Notes under the pieces: generated by a model
Databases searched by the model: none
The model's input: the letters and a program-made list of their open reading frames with translations, nothing else
Told to the model about the DNA's origin: nothing
Shown here: positions 39,283 through 50,704 of the stretch, piece by piece
Layout: every line of letters starts with the position of its first letter
Numbering within the stretch: the stretch's first letter is position 1
Made by a program: the position numbers and the translations under genes
Assembly: GCA_030867685.1 (NCBI GenBank)
Contig: JAQOWU010000008.1
Span: forward strand, 992,001-1,056,000
Source: Wickerhamiella versatilis
Taxonomy: Eukaryota
Length of the DNA stretch: 64,000 bases
Direction: 5' to 3'

Positions 39283-40680
39283 ATGCCTGATGACGAGGAA
39301 CAGCTGGTAACGCGTCATGTATTGAAGAGAAAAAAAAATCAACGCGAGAACCGGGAAACTTATTCTGTTTGTCACAACGTACCGAAAAGACAACAGCAAT
39401 GCTTAACCAGTAACCTGGTGGTGAACTGGGTTCTGCTTCTGGTGCCCGTGGGCGCTGTCCTAGGCCGATATCATGATGTATTATTCTGGCAAGAGTGGGT
39501 ATGGATTTTAATGTCCATTTTTGCTTCCTTAAACCGTCCTGTGGAGTCACTGTTGCTACCAATCATTACATCTGGAGCATGTGGTGGTCCCGAATTGCTA
39601 CGCCTAAACTTAGGTATGAGTCTTGCATATTCCTTTAAGGGTGCTATCTGCGGATCAGCTATAGTCTGGCCATATCCTTTTCCCCTTCTTACTTTTGGGT
39701 TGAAACGCTTTCTGCAGCATATTATAAAGGAGTCTTTACCTGAAGCAGAGACTTTTCTCATATCTGTAATTTTAATGAATGCAGGATATGGCGCAATAAA
39801 TGGGCATCCAGCGCTGGTTATGTTCGCCTGTGGGTTAATTGGTTTGCTTCCGTGCTATCCTTTTGTAAAGATGATCGCCAACAAATGGCGCACTTATCAC
39901 CGCCTAGATCGTAAGGCGTCATTAATTGCCAAACTATCTTATTTTGTCTATTTTCTGGTATCAGGTGTGTCTTACTATCTCTATATCTCGTCGCATCAGG
40001 GTATCTTCTGGTTAGCAGAACAAATTGAGGCCAATGCCACTTTGGTGGCCCGTTGGGGCCTTATTTTGTGCGTTGCATTTTTCACAGCATGGCTTTGGGG
40101 CCCTTATTTAGGCTTAGATGGTCGACGGAAGCTATGGCATTTAACTTCTGTTCTTTTATTTTTGCCTAAGTCTGCGCGTGTCCCTTTCACTCAACTAGCT
40201 CTTGCTGCCATGCTTGTGGCATTTATAGATCTCGAAATAGTCCGCTCTGCTGCCTTGCCGCCACTGGGTATCCTTATCCACGAAGCTCTCCGAGGTTTCA
40301 TAGATCATCGAGATGTTAAGGGACCAGTGATTATCAGTCACTTGTATTTGCTGCTTGGAATTACATTTCCTATGATTGCTGGTAATGGCAATCCTGCAGG
40401 TTTAATTTGCTTAGGTCTGGGTGACACCTTGGCATCTTTGATTGGCCGCAATTTTGGAAATTTCCGTATATTCGGAAAGAAATCTGTGGAGGGCACCATG
40501 GCATTCATTATAGTGACCACAATAGCCCTGAAATACTGTGGTAATTTCACTTGGATGAGTAGTCTGTTTGTCTGTTTCCCCAGTGCATTAATTGAAGCAG
40601 TGAGCCCCCTTAATGATAACCTTATTTTACCACCGTACATGATGGCCTTGATGTGTCTAGTACAGGTGAAAACTAAGTGA
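39283..40680 (+). CDS. SEC59: Dolichol kinase
   Basis: Multi-TM protein with RRKLWH, GPVIISHLYLLLG, LGLGDTLASLIG, KKSVEGT and NDNLILP. Confidence 0.9.
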   Translation: MPDDEEQLVTRHVLKRKKNQRENRETYSVCHNVPKRQQQCLTSNLVVNWVLLLVPVGAVLGRYHDVLFWQEWVWILMSIFASLNRPVESLLLPIITSGACGGPELLRLNLGMSLAYSFKGAICGSAIVWPYPFPLLTFGLKRFLQHIIKESLPEAETFLISVILMNAGYGAINGHPALVMFACGLIGLLPCYPFVKMIANKWRTYHRLDRKASLIAKLSYFVYFLVSGVSYYLYISSHQGIFWLAEQIEANATLVARWGLILCVAFFTAWLWGPYLGLDGRRKLWHLTSVLLFLPKSARVPFTQLALAAMLVAFIDLEIVRSAALPPLGILIHEALRGFIDHRDVKGPVIISHLYLLLGITFPMIAGNGNPAGLICLGLGDTLASLIGRNFGNFRIFGKKSVEGTMAFIIVTTIALKYCGNFTWMSSLFVCFPSALIEAVSPLNDNLILPPYMMALMCLVQVKTK

Positions 40681-40818
40681 ATTGTGATTTACTAAAATAA
40701 TTAAATTCTTAAGTAGAATACACTAGCCAAAAAATCTATATTTTGGATTGGTGCATTATATTTGGTTTTACATATGACCACTAGCGTGTAAAAGCTTTCC
40801 CTCAGTTCTGTTCACGAT

Positions 40819-43800
40819 TCAATTATAGATCTCTAGAGGGGCCATGCGGTCCATCTGGAAATTCCAATTGCCGGAGTCTAACTCACGATTAAGCCATTCA
40901 GTCGGGAACACCACGAGATGGCCAGTTACCCCATGAAGCAGATCTTCTGCCACCTGGGCATCAAGTACATGTTCAAAATGAGAACCTCGCCGGTTTGTCA
41001 GAGGTTTAGGACGTCTCTGAACACTTTGTTGAGGTTTCAAGTCTGTCGAATACTCTGTGTCTGAGGTCGGCGGCGTCGACGGAGTCATCTGATTCAGGCT
41101 ATTATCATTAGCACTGTTATGATGGGAATAATCTGGTGTCCTCAAGCCCTCAGGGTTTGTATGGGAAATATCTCCCGCAAGTACGTGCTTATCCACCCTT
41201 TCTGGCTCATGATGCCCTTCTCTGCGCAAGGCACCTGGACCCCCGTCTTCGCGTTGCTTCTCATAGAATCTTTCCTGATGAGCCTGGAATTTCTTGTAGT
41301 CCTTCCATGTCTCGACCTCATCGTCGGGTTGGCACCGGAATACCAGGCGATATATTAAAGTGTTGCGCTCAGCAGCAGCAAACCACTTGTCATGCAGGAA
41401 GGTATCATCAAGCGGGTCGTTTAGTGACCATGGATCTATGGGAATACTATCACAGTCGATAGCTCGTCTTCCTTCATCGTCTACATGAGGCAGAGGAAGC
41501 TCTCCAAATGACGGCACTGGCCGAAGGATGTTTTGACCAGTAAATTTCGAATAGAATTTTTTTAAGAAAAGTTCTTTCGAATCTATCTCTGGATCTTGCA
41601 GAAGCTCTTGCATTATCTTGCGAGCTTCATTCTCATCTTTCTCGTTAGAAGGGGGAGTCGCCTCCAAAATTGCCGGTTTTTCTTGACGGTCAGCCATATG
41701 GTCGAATCCATGACCTTCCACATCAGCTTTGTGTGCAGTATTTCCTTGGATTCTACTGTCTGTGCTGACCTTCTTATGCTCTCTGATACCTCTGTTATAA
41801 GGTGTACCAGCATACCAATTGAAGGTGTGCAATTCTGGATATAGCCATGAAGGAAAGTCATTATCTGCTGGGAACGGAGAAGGTGCTCCATCCTTTAGTG
41901 GAGTACCTGGTCTTGTTGGGACTGGCGTGTCGAGTGGCGTGCTACCTGGTGTAAGCCTATAGGAGGTAACTGCAGCGTTTTCCAAAGTGTGCATTAGTCT
42001 CTCGATTATTTCAAGTTTGTCGATATCGACACCAAGGTGCTCGCGCATCAAACGAACCCTTAGTGAATGCGCAAATTTTGCCGCTTTCCAGGGCTTACCG
42101 CCCATGCTACTGTCCACGACCTTAGTATCGCGAACACATACAGCAACCTCGGAATCTCTGACCCCGCGCATGCTGCGTTCATTAATATTTGCCGAACCTA
42201 TAACGGCAATACGGTCATCAACAATTATGGTCTTCGCATGGATGTATAGCTGTTCTGTGGTAAGCAGATCATCCCGAAACTTCCCCCATTGCCTGAGCGA
42301 GAAAAAGTGTATATACATGTCTGGTCGAATCCCGAGGGACTCAAGTCGATAGAATATCGACTTTGCTCCCCGAGAAATCGAGTTGTACTCACACTGGTAA
42401 ATTACACGAACACTTGAAGCATCATTTGAGTCAACCTGTGCTTCGAATCCTGGAGTAAGAGGTATCAGTATGAACGCTTTCCAAGGCTCTCCCGCCTCAT
42501 ATGCCTTTACTATGCGTTGAACCAAAGCATTACCAATCTGATTCTCGACGACAATGCCATCCACCTCCGTGCTAGTAATAAAAAATTGGTTTTCAATATA
42601 AACAAACCTCTCCGATTCTTGAATCAATGTCAAATATGCGTTCTGAATGCTCTGCTCATGCTCCTTTAGGCCTAAACTCCAATCGCCAGAGCTTCTTAAG
42701 GCCTGGTATTCGCATGTACCGGTAAGCCCTAAACGATCTAATTCAGCCTGAGTAAAATCCGGCGGCGGCAGCAGAAATGGTGTCTTGCGACTAGGAATTT
42801 TTTGTCGTATAACATAATTCCATCGCTGCACGAAGTGGCGAGCCAAGTCACGAGCTGGCTGGCCCATCACCATCTGATGAATATCGTGCCATGGCATACG
42901 AGGAACCGTAAAGCGATCATACATGTCCTCGAATGGTTTGTCGAGACTAAAAAAGTCATGCACCCTAGGATTACTGTAGTCTTTTCCTGGTATCAATTGT
43001 GTCGGCTCAGGTGGAGGGTGTTCATCCGTCCAGAAGGGCACAGCTGCATCGTCTATGAGAGTGTGCTGCCAAGTATCCCAACGCCCAAAGCATAGATCGA
43101 TCCCACCGTTGAATGCAACCACATTATCGATGACACAAAGCTTTTCATGGTGTGCCCAAAACAATGCATTCTGCTGTAAGAGCTGATTGGGGGACCGAAT
43201 TATGTGTATGTTTTCATGTAAATCGAGTAAAGAGTGCTTTGTCCACATTGAATCGATTGGTATCGCAGCACCTACATTCCGATAAACCACCACAAAAATC
43301 TTCACTCCAGCCTCTGCCCTACGCTTGAGTACTCGGTCGAGGCGCCAACGCTGATTACCTTCAGGTGGACGACGTAGATATAACTCAGGACTTAGCCACC
43401 AGTCCAAAATAAATATGGTGTCCTGAGCATTTTCGAGTGCTTCACTTAGCATCCAATAGTAATCGCGTGCATCAACAAACCATTGTCCGAAGACGTTATG
43501 CCGAACGGGTGCGTAACTACCGAACCTGTGGTGACGACTCCACGGTGTAAGCCTTTTCATTTGAAGAATGGATGCCTGCCACCTCCTTAGTTCACGATCA
43601 CTCACAACAGTGAACTTGATGTCACGAGAACCATTTCGCAAATGTAGGTTAATCGCCGTTTTGGCCATTTTCTTTGACGTCTCCGGAGCTGCAACCGCTG
43701 CTGGTGTAGCATCTTGTTGATTGTCAACCCTCTCAAGAGGTACTTCGCTTTGTTCGGGAACGTGTACCACTTCGAAAGAGGAGTCCACCTGAAATACCTC

Positions 43801-45009
43801 GCGGACCTGTGTGCTAGAAATACTATCAACGACCACCAAGTACGATTCACGCACTAGAACCCACTTCGGGGTATGACGTTGAATCATTAGTGCAAAATCC
43901 ATGGGATGTAAATGATGTACTCTCCATCCCATCTCTCCTGCTCGTGATCTGATTACCAGGACACCCTCTTTGCCATGATACGACGACTCAGGAGCAAGAC
44001 ACACAGACATGTGACTGAGTTCCAAAAAAGCCAGCACACGGTTTATCTCTGTACGTAACTGAAATATCCGTAATGTGGCCTTCAGCCATTTTTCCATAGC
44101 CTCCTCGTACGTTTCAGGTTCTCCATCGAGGCTTACAGAGGAAACAGAGGATGCTAATGATGCTATCCGCGACAGGTCCCCACCATCATCAGCAATATTA
44201 TGTTGTGAATTATCATATGGCATCCTGTTCTGTTTCTCGTAGTGCGTGCGGCGTTTTGGAAGCTTCGGGGGTTTAACATTTCGCATTCGCGCGTCTGTCT
44301 TAATCTTTGCTCTTAGCCATAAAAAGTCTCTGTATCCTCTTATGACACTCCATTTCATTGTGGAATTTCCACTGCCGTACTCCACATTGACACTAACAGC
44401 ATTCCTGTATGAGTCTCCACTAGGCGGTTTTTCAACTTTGAGGCTTATCTGCTGAATGAGGACTGGAACAATTTTATCATCTCGATCTTCCGTACTAAGA
44501 ATTTGTGATGCCAACACCATAGTCGTTGGTGTGACAATAAAAAGCTCGCCAAAAAGCAAGTGTGATTTCTCGATGTGCCTCAACCTCTCTGCCTCGGTTG
44601 TACGCCTACTACCTTTTAAGGCCCATCCACGCGCCCTACGCGCAAGGCGAGCAAAAACAGAAGGCTGTGGGCCCCCTTCGCCATGAGCAGGTCGATGATG
44701 GTGACCATGATGACCATGATGAAATCGGTTTGAACTAAGCCCACGCTGCATCTGTTGACGGAATACATTTAGCCTACTCGTTTGACGTGGAGCATGAGGT
44801 CTCTGAGGAACCGAATTAGGTCCTGGCCCGCTCGTGGGTCCGGTGGTAGTAATGCTAGGAGTCGTCGGCGTTTGTGGCGACGAGGGTCCCTTCTTCTTGG
44901 GCGAACTGTCCCCTGACGACCTCTGTGAATCATGAGCCGCAATTGTCGGGTCTGTCTGGCCAGTCTCCTCTTTCAAATGCGGATGCCATGCAACATGGCG
45001 CGCAGACAT
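40819..45009 (-). CDS. SPO14: Phospholipase D1
   Basis: PX/PH-like region, DWWLSPE, two HKD motifs (HEKLCVID, HAKTIIVD), PRMPWHD, GSANINERS. First ATG 45009. Confidence 0.96.
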   Translation of the reverse strand: MSARHVAWHPHLKEETGQTDPTIAAHDSQRSSGDSSPKKKGPSSPQTPTTPSITTTGPTSGPGPNSVPQRPHAPRQTSRLNVFRQQMQRGLSSNRFHHGHHGHHHRPAHGEGGPQPSVFARLARRARGWALKGSRRTTEAERLRHIEKSHLLFGELFIVTPTTMVLASQILSTEDRDDKIVPVLIQQISLKVEKPPSGDSYRNAVSVNVEYGSGNSTMKWSVIRGYRDFLWLRAKIKTDARMRNVKPPKLPKRRTHYEKQNRMPYDNSQHNIADDGGDLSRIASLASSVSSVSLDGEPETYEEAMEKWLKATLRIFQLRTEINRVLAFLELSHMSVCLAPESSYHGKEGVLVIRSRAGEMGWRVHHLHPMDFALMIQRHTPKWVLVRESYLVVVDSISSTQVREVFQVDSSFEVVHVPEQSEVPLERVDNQQDATPAAVAAPETSKKMAKTAINLHLRNGSRDIKFTVVSDRELRRWQASILQMKRLTPWSRHHRFGSYAPVRHNVFGQWFVDARDYYWMLSEALENAQDTIFILDWWLSPELYLRRPPEGNQRWRLDRVLKRRAEAGVKIFVVVYRNVGAAIPIDSMWTKHSLLDLHENIHIIRSPNQLLQQNALFWAHHEKLCVIDNVVAFNGGIDLCFGRWDTWQHTLIDDAAVPFWTDEHPPPEPTQLIPGKDYSNPRVHDFFSLDKPFEDMYDRFTVPRMPWHDIHQMVMGQPARDLARHFVQRWNYVIRQKIPSRKTPFLLPPPDFTQAELDRLGLTGTCEYQALRSSGDWSLGLKEHEQSIQNAYLTLIQESERFVYIENQFFITSTEVDGIVVENQIGNALVQRIVKAYEAGEPWKAFILIPLTPGFEAQVDSNDASSVRVIYQCEYNSISRGAKSIFYRLESLGIRPDMYIHFFSLRQWGKFRDDLLTTEQLYIHAKTIIVDDRIAVIGSANINERSMRGVRDSEVAVCVRDTKVVDSSMGGKPWKAAKFAHSLRVRLMREHLGVDIDKLEIIERLMHTLENAAVTSYRLTPGSTPLDTPVPTRPGTPLKDGAPSPFPADNDFPSWLYPELHTFNWYAGTPYNRGIREHKKVSTDSRIQGNTAHKADVEGHGFDHMADRQEKPAILEATPPSNEKDENEARKIMQELLQDPEIDSKELFLKKFYSKFTGQNILRPVPSFGELPLPHVDDEGRRAIDCDSIPIDPWSLNDPLDDTFLHDKWFAAAERNTLIYRLVFRCQPDDEVETWKDYKKFQAHQERFYEKQREDGGPGALRREGHHEPERVDKHVLAGDISHTNPEGLRTPDYSHHNSANDNSLNQMTPSTPPTSDTEYSTDLKPQQSVQRRPKPLTNRRGSHFEHVLDAQVAEDLLHGVTGHLVVFPTEWLNRELDSGNWNFQMDRMAPLEIYN

Positions 45010-45388
45010 GTTGACGATGTGGGCAAGGGTAAGGTAGACGACTTTGCAGCTAACAACCGAGATCACTTCACGGAATAACTTTATCACACGCGTAAGTCAT
45101 GGATTAAAAAGCCACTACTTTTACCATTACTGCCTTATTATCCCCTTGCCATTGTTGTATCTTTACCAACTTTTGAAATCGGCTCGACTACAGTCAACGA
45201 AGAAAAAAATTATTCAAGCTACATCTAGACTTAAAGGAGCCCTTTAGTATGTCTACTGTGGATTTATGGATCTAGCAACCCTCACAAATATTGATACTTC
45301 ACCTCACCACATGATAGTAGTCATAGAGTGTTATATAATCAGACTCAAATCAAATTGTAAAAAAGTTGAATTTGATTGAGAAGAGACT

Positions 45389-46306
45389 ATGAGCAAGGTA
45401 GCCTCGCGAAAGATTGTAACAGACGCTTCAAAGCTTCCTCAGTCTAGTGATCCTAAGGAAATACTGTCACAGGTTGAGTTCTATTTCAGTGATAACAACC
45501 TGCCAACTGATCGCTTCCTTTGGCAGGCAACACAAAAGAACGATGGGTGGGTTTCCATCGAATTGATCCACAGCTTCAAGCGAATGCACCGTTTCCAGCC
45601 TTATGAAGCTGTCGTCGAAGCGTTACGCCAAAGTCCAGACCTCCTTGAAGTTTCCGAGGATGGGAAGCAAGTTCGCAGGAAGATCCCGCTTGTTGAGCCG
45701 AAGGCTGAGGCTAAAAAAGAAGCTTTCAAGAGAACTGTTTATGCAAAGGGCTTTGGTGAGGAAACTCCAACATCCCAGTTCGACATCGAGAAGTTCTTTG
45801 GAGAGCATGGGTCCACGAAGCAGGTCCGCCTTCGCCGCGCTGAGGATGGTACGTTCAAGGGTTCAGTTTTTGCAGAGTTTGAGAATCTTGATGATGCTAA
45901 AAAGTTTGTCGAAGCGGAGTCAAAGCCAAAATGGGATAATAAAGAGTTGCTTGTTATGTCCAAGCAGGCTTATGTCGACATGAAGAGCGCTGAGCATGGG
46001 TTCACGGACAGTGCTACTGGGAAGCGTAGACGTGGCTTCAACGCCTTCAATCAGAAGCAGCCCCAACCGAAGAAACGACGTTTTGAAAAGAAGAAAGTAG
46101 TAGAGGCCGCACCAGAAGAACCCTCGGGTGACAAGTCAGAGAAGGTAGAGAAGGTTGAAAAGACAGAACAAGAGCAGGAAGAGAGCACAGGTAAAGAGCA
46201 AGAAGAGAAAGTACCTCAGAAGACGGATGAGGCGCCCCAGAAGACTGACGAGGTACCTCAGAAGACAGACGAAGCTTCAAATGCTTCGGAGGAAAAGTCG
46301 AAATAA
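45389..46306 (+). CDS. LHP1: La protein
   Basis: La motif QVEFYFSDNNLPTDRFL and RRM (RTVYAKGF, FKGSVFAEF). Confidence 0.95.
   Translation: MSKVASRKIVTDASKLPQSSDPKEILSQVEFYFSDNNLPTDRFLWQATQKNDGWVSIELIHSFKRMHRFQPYEAVVEALRQSPDLLEVSEDGKQVRRKIPLVEPKAEAKKEAFKRTVYAKGFGEETPTSQFDIEKFFGEHGSTKQVRLRRAEDGTFKGSVFAEFENLDDAKKFVEAESKPKWDNKELLVMSKQAYVDMKSAEHGFTDSATGKRRRGFNAFNQKQPQPKKRRFEKKKVVEAAPEEPSGDKSEKVEKVEKTEQEQEESTGKEQEEKVPQKTDEAPQKTDEVPQKTDEASNASEEKSK
46214..46276 (+). repeat. Coding 21-nt tandem repeat x3, PQKTDE(A/V)
   Basis: cctcagaagacggatgaggcg / ccccagaagactgacgaggta / cctcagaagacagacgaagct. Confidence 0.85.
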
Positions 46307-46322
46307 ATTGGACCAAGAATCT

Positions 46323-46449
46323 CGCGTACATGAAATTGAAAACTAGTCATATTAAAGTTTCGATGCCCCATCTAATCCACAATATACAGCACTAAGTACC
46401 TAACTTTTCTAATGACGCGCTTCATTACTAATTAATTCATTATACGCGT
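46323..46449. promoter_or_regulatory. MCB (ACGCG[T]) cluster upstream of POL12
   Basis: CGCGT at 46323, ACGCG at 46415 and ACGCGT at 46444, in a 149-nt spacer before a replication gene. Confidence 0.6.
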
Positions 46450-46455
46450 GCGTAT

Positions 46456-47976
46456 ATGGGGACCCTTCTAGTGGAATATTTTCCGGCAGCAAAAGATAAT
46501 GCCATCAACGATCGCATTAATGACTTGTTGAAATCTTTTGCTCTCAGTCCCGAGGACCTACTGGCCAAGTGGGAAACCTTTGCCCTTTCAAATGGGGGCG
46601 ATTTAGAGCTTACCACTGACACAATTGAAAACTTCAAAAGTCATCTCCAGTTGTCCTTGGAGCATCCGCGTAAAAAACATAAGCATAATCACATGCCTAT
46701 CACGCTGCGCAGCCCTCCTACCACTAGTAGAGTCGCTCATCCGCCAAGTACGGGCTCGATCCCTCAGGCAACAGGAATGCTTGAAAATAATATCATTCTC
46801 ACATTGAACAGAAAGGTGAGTTTACCTGAGCATACTAGCTTGTCAGCTCCTGTTAATTTCGAAATCATTCATGATTTCAACTACCGACCCATGTTTCAGA
46901 AGCTCTCGGACGCAAGCAGAACTTTGGACCTGGAAATCGAGAATGTTATTTCCAGAATAGATATTCCAAGGTCTGAAATAGTAAATCCGTCACATGTGAA
47001 TCTCTCTGGAAGCTCTCTTGCGGTTGGACGCGTTGTTAGTGAGAGTTTTGAGGACGGGCCTCTAACTTCAAAGGGGTGTCTGCTTGAGACGTCACGAAGG
47101 ATTGGTGCTGGAGCCAGAGTTTCCTTGGATCTTAGTGGTGTGAAGCGGCCAGTTTTTCGAGGAGAGATAATAGTTGCACGTGGCACAAACCCAAGTGGCT
47201 CTGAATTTGTAGTCACTGAGCTGCTTCCTCTACCTCAGCTACCCATGCTTAACGACGTCATGACGAGCCACGAAGTGGATCCAATGAGGATTTTGGTAGT
47301 AAGTGCTCCATTTGAGCAGGGCGACTATGAACCTTTGCGCAAACTTGTGGCCCACTGCAAATTCGAACCTCCTTCAGCTGTAATTTTAACTGGTCCACTT
47401 GTTCATGACTCAATTGGAGACGATGAGCAATACCGCAAGAATATTTATCCCCTTCTTTCTCAACTACCTGGACAATTAATTATTATCCCATCTGTACACG
47501 AACTTTTGAGTGCTCAGCCGGTCTTCCCCCAACCGGGAATTGAGCTACCTACTAGTGCAATGCTGTCTGAAGCCCATTGCCCATCTGATCCTGCAATATT
47601 TAAGTTGAATGGAATTTCTATAGTTGCGACATCTACTCCAGGAATAGAAGACATTCGTTCCACCAGCACTCAGCAGGAGCAAAAAGTTGTAACACAGGCA
47701 ACTGCATTCAGACACATTCTAAGGCAAGGTCGTATATATCCTGTGCATCCATCTGTTAATATTCCTATTGATGTTCCACATCTTCCGATGAGTTATTTGA
47801 ATCAAAAGCCAAACATTCTAGTGGTTCCATCCCCAGAAAGTTATTCAGCAGAAGTTGTTGATGGAGTCATTTGTGTCAACCCCGGTAAAGCATGTGAGCA
47901 ATTTGCAAGAATAACGATTAACCCTGGGAAAGAATTATTGCAAGATCGTACGAGGGTAGATTTTATTTCTATGTAG
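46456..47976 (+). CDS. POL12: DNA polymerase alpha subunit B
   Basis: DLLAKWETF, YRPMFQKL, LLETSRRIGAGARVSLDLS, RGTNPSG, VFPQP, CVNPG. Confidence 0.88.
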   Translation: MGTLLVEYFPAAKDNAINDRINDLLKSFALSPEDLLAKWETFALSNGGDLELTTDTIENFKSHLQLSLEHPRKKHKHNHMPITLRSPPTTSRVAHPPSTGSIPQATGMLENNIILTLNRKVSLPEHTSLSAPVNFEIIHDFNYRPMFQKLSDASRTLDLEIENVISRIDIPRSEIVNPSHVNLSGSSLAVGRVVSESFEDGPLTSKGCLLETSRRIGAGARVSLDLSGVKRPVFRGEIIVARGTNPSGSEFVVTELLPLPQLPMLNDVMTSHEVDPMRILVVSAPFEQGDYEPLRKLVAHCKFEPPSAVILTGPLVHDSIGDDEQYRKNIYPLLSQLPGQLIIIPSVHELLSAQPVFPQPGIELPTSAMLSEAHCPSDPAIFKLNGISIVATSTPGIEDIRSTSTQQEQKVVTQATAFRHILRQGRIYPVHPSVNIPIDVPHLPMSYLNQKPNILVVPSPESYSAEVVDGVICVNPGKACEQFARITINPGKELLQDRTRVDFISM

Positions 47977-48007
47977 TATCAAGTAAATGTTAGTCAGAGA
48001 TAATCAT

Positions 48008-50626
48008 ATGTCGGCACGTATAAAAGGTCTGTCGCAGTTTGTTGCGGACCTACGGGCTGTAGGTTCTTCCGAAGCTGAAACAACACGTGTTCAATCAGAG
48101 CTTGCGTCTTTGAAGCGCAAAATTGCCCGCTCACGGAAGTCACATGATGTCGGAGGCTACGAGACAAAGAAAATCGTCGCCAAACTCATACATATATATC
48201 TGCTGGGCTATGATGTAGAATTTGGGCACGAGGAAATGCTAAATCTATTGCGCTCAGACAGATACTCAGAAAAAATGTTTGGTTACCTTGGCATGTCCTT
48301 GTTACCTGCTACTCAGGCTGACCAGAACATAGCTTCAGACCTGAGTATTGAAGATCTAAGGGCACAGAATGACCTTTTTACCGGGCTTGCTCTCAATTAT
48401 ATCAGTACACTTAAGCATGTTGACAGAAGAATTGTGCCAGAAATTTATAAAGTCCTCGTGTCCCCTACGTCCCCAGCGTCAGTAACGAGGAAAGCAGCTC
48501 TGACTTTAGCACACTGTTTCAAAGCGGATAATTCCGTGATACCAGATGAATGGATTGAACGGATTCTGGCTATCATGGATAGTCCTATTATAGGTGTTGC
48601 ACTAAGTGCATTGCCTTTGATCCAAGAGTTGGCCAAAGTTCGTCCCGCACAATGTTACGCGTGTTACGGCAAGTCAATAAGACGGCTGAAAGCAATTTGG
48701 GATGGTAATACTGTAGAGGGCGTAGTACCACCGGATTATATTTATCACGATGTTACAGCACCTTGGCTAGTTGTGAAATTACTGCAAACGCTTTGCCTTT
48801 ATCCACCTCCTCTTGATGATGAAGTTTTGGATGAATCAACCCGTGAACTTGTCGTGAAAATAGTAGAGTGGTGTGGACGTGTTGATCATCAGTCACACAA
48901 CCAGTCACATCAAAACTCTACGAATGCCATTTTTATGGAAGCGGTGAGGGTAGTTTCTCACCTCAATATCAATGAAATGAATATAAAATATCAGTTGGGT
49001 GAGATAATGAAACAGCTTCTAGCTTCCAAAGACCCAAGCTGTCGGTATCTTGCGCTGGACGCAATAACCGTACTACCACTTTTACCTGTTGAAACGGTAT
49101 TCCCCCTGATTAAAGATCGTGACTATTCTGTTAGAGATCGAGCTTTGGATGCGCTATATAACACGACATCATCTGAGACGATTGAAAAAGTCGCCGCAGA
49201 CCTTCTAGATATCCTCTCCGTCTCCGACTTGGGAATTCGTCCTAAGATAGTAGCTCGACTTGCTGCATTAATGGAAAAGTATGCAACCTCAGCCACATGG
49301 TACTTTGATACCTGTTTGACACTCTTAAACCTTGGTGGAGCGTATGTGGATGAAGAGGTTTGGCAAAGACTAGTTCAAGTTGTTCACAACAATCAAAACC
49401 TGCAATCTTACGCTGCAAATATGTGTCTTAAGGCATTACAGTCTAGTCGTCAAGATGGTATAACTGATAACACTGTAAAACTGTGTGCATATGTGATAGG
49501 AGAGTTTGGACCTCGAACAGGTTTAAAGCCTCTCGACGCATTCGTTGCTCTACAGGACCAAGTTGATGAAGCAGGAAGTGAGTCATACCGGATTATATTG
49601 GCAGCGTACCTTAAGTTTGCTGCAGCTTGGCCCCAACTTCAACCGCAGATTAGGGAGACGTTTATCGTTTGGTCTGAATCGAGTGATGTGGAGGCACAGC
49701 AACGAGCATCCGAGTACGCTAGTCTTTTACAGCATCCAAACCTTTTACAACGTGTGACAGCGCCAGCCCCGGCTTTTTCGTCGCAATCTAATGGTCTCAT
49801 TGAGAGATTGAAACCTCAACACACGAGGCCGCCAATAGATTTCCAGAAAACCGGAAAATCTACCAGCAGCAATAATGTACCGATACTCAGCTCCAATTGG
49901 GAACATGGCTTTCGCAGAATGCTCACACATGATCAGGCTGTCTTGTTTCAAGATGCATTACTCCAAGTAGGTTGCACGTATGAATTTCGGAGAAGCCTCG
50001 GATTTGTACGGCTTTATCTGCGAAATATGTCGAACCTCAATACGCTGTATTCTTTTTCAGTCGAAATAATGAATCCAATGGGAGAGAATATATTGTCAGT
50101 AAGCCGTAAATCGATTCCTGCTGCGACGTTACCTCCATCAGGATCTACTGAAGAGTCAATACTATGCGAAATAAAGCACCCTTTTGCTGTATCTCCCATA
50201 TGTCGTATAACCTATATGAGTGGAACCATGGGTGAATTAATCTTCCGTCTACCTATCGTACTGGATAGATTCATGGAACCCTCTGTGCAAGATCTTCAGG
50301 AATTCTTGGTTCGATGGGATCGTTTAGGTGGAGAAGGGGAATTCAAAAAGGCATTTAAAAACTATTCCGCATCTAGGAAGCGTACTGTAGTCGAGGATGA
50401 CGAAGTCGCTGTAGCAGCGATGGGGTGGGGAATTGTGAATGGAGCTGGTTCCGAAAACATATTTGGAGGATCTATGATTCATACAACTGCCTCTGGAAAT
50501 CTTGGCTGCCTATTGAAGCTGGAAAGAGATGCTGGCCGTCACCAGTATGTTGCGACAGTCAGATCGACAAGACGTATGGTCTCTGTCGTTCTAGCAAACA
50601 ACCTAAGTCAAGTTTATCAACTATAG
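48008..50626 (+). CDS. APL3: AP-2 adaptor alpha subunit
   Basis: IKGLSQFVADLR, YSEKMFGY, APWLVVKLL, DVEAQQRASEY and an appendage domain. An alternative ATG lies at 47987. Confidence 0.93.
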   Translation: MSARIKGLSQFVADLRAVGSSEAETTRVQSELASLKRKIARSRKSHDVGGYETKKIVAKLIHIYLLGYDVEFGHEEMLNLLRSDRYSEKMFGYLGMSLLPATQADQNIASDLSIEDLRAQNDLFTGLALNYISTLKHVDRRIVPEIYKVLVSPTSPASVTRKAALTLAHCFKADNSVIPDEWIERILAIMDSPIIGVALSALPLIQELAKVRPAQCYACYGKSIRRLKAIWDGNTVEGVVPPDYIYHDVTAPWLVVKLLQTLCLYPPPLDDEVLDESTRELVVKIVEWCGRVDHQSHNQSHQNSTNAIFMEAVRVVSHLNINEMNIKYQLGEIMKQLLASKDPSCRYLALDAITVLPLLPVETVFPLIKDRDYSVRDRALDALYNTTSSETIEKVAADLLDILSVSDLGIRPKIVARLAALMEKYATSATWYFDTCLTLLNLGGAYVDEEVWQRLVQVVHNNQNLQSYAANMCLKALQSSRQDGITDNTVKLCAYVIGEFGPRTGLKPLDAFVALQDQVDEAGSESYRIILAAYLKFAAAWPQLQPQIRETFIVWSESSDVEAQQRASEYASLLQHPNLLQRVTAPAPAFSSQSNGLIERLKPQHTRPPIDFQKTGKSTSSNNVPILSSNWEHGFRRMLTHDQAVLFQDALLQVGCTYEFRRSLGFVRLYLRNMSNLNTLYSFSVEIMNPMGENILSVSRKSIPAATLPPSGSTEESILCEIKHPFAVSPICRITYMSGTMGELIFRLPIVLDRFMEPSVQDLQEFLVRWDRLGGEGEFKKAFKNYSASRKRTVVEDDEVAVAAMGWGIVNGAGSENIFGGSMIHTTASGNLGCLLKLERDAGRHQYVATVRSTRRMVSVVLANNLSQVYQL

Positions 50627-50704
50627 CACTATATACGATGGAAGCATGAATAAGACATTTTATATATAATAGCGCAATGCAGTCAGGATGCTGATTGTCA
50701 TTGA

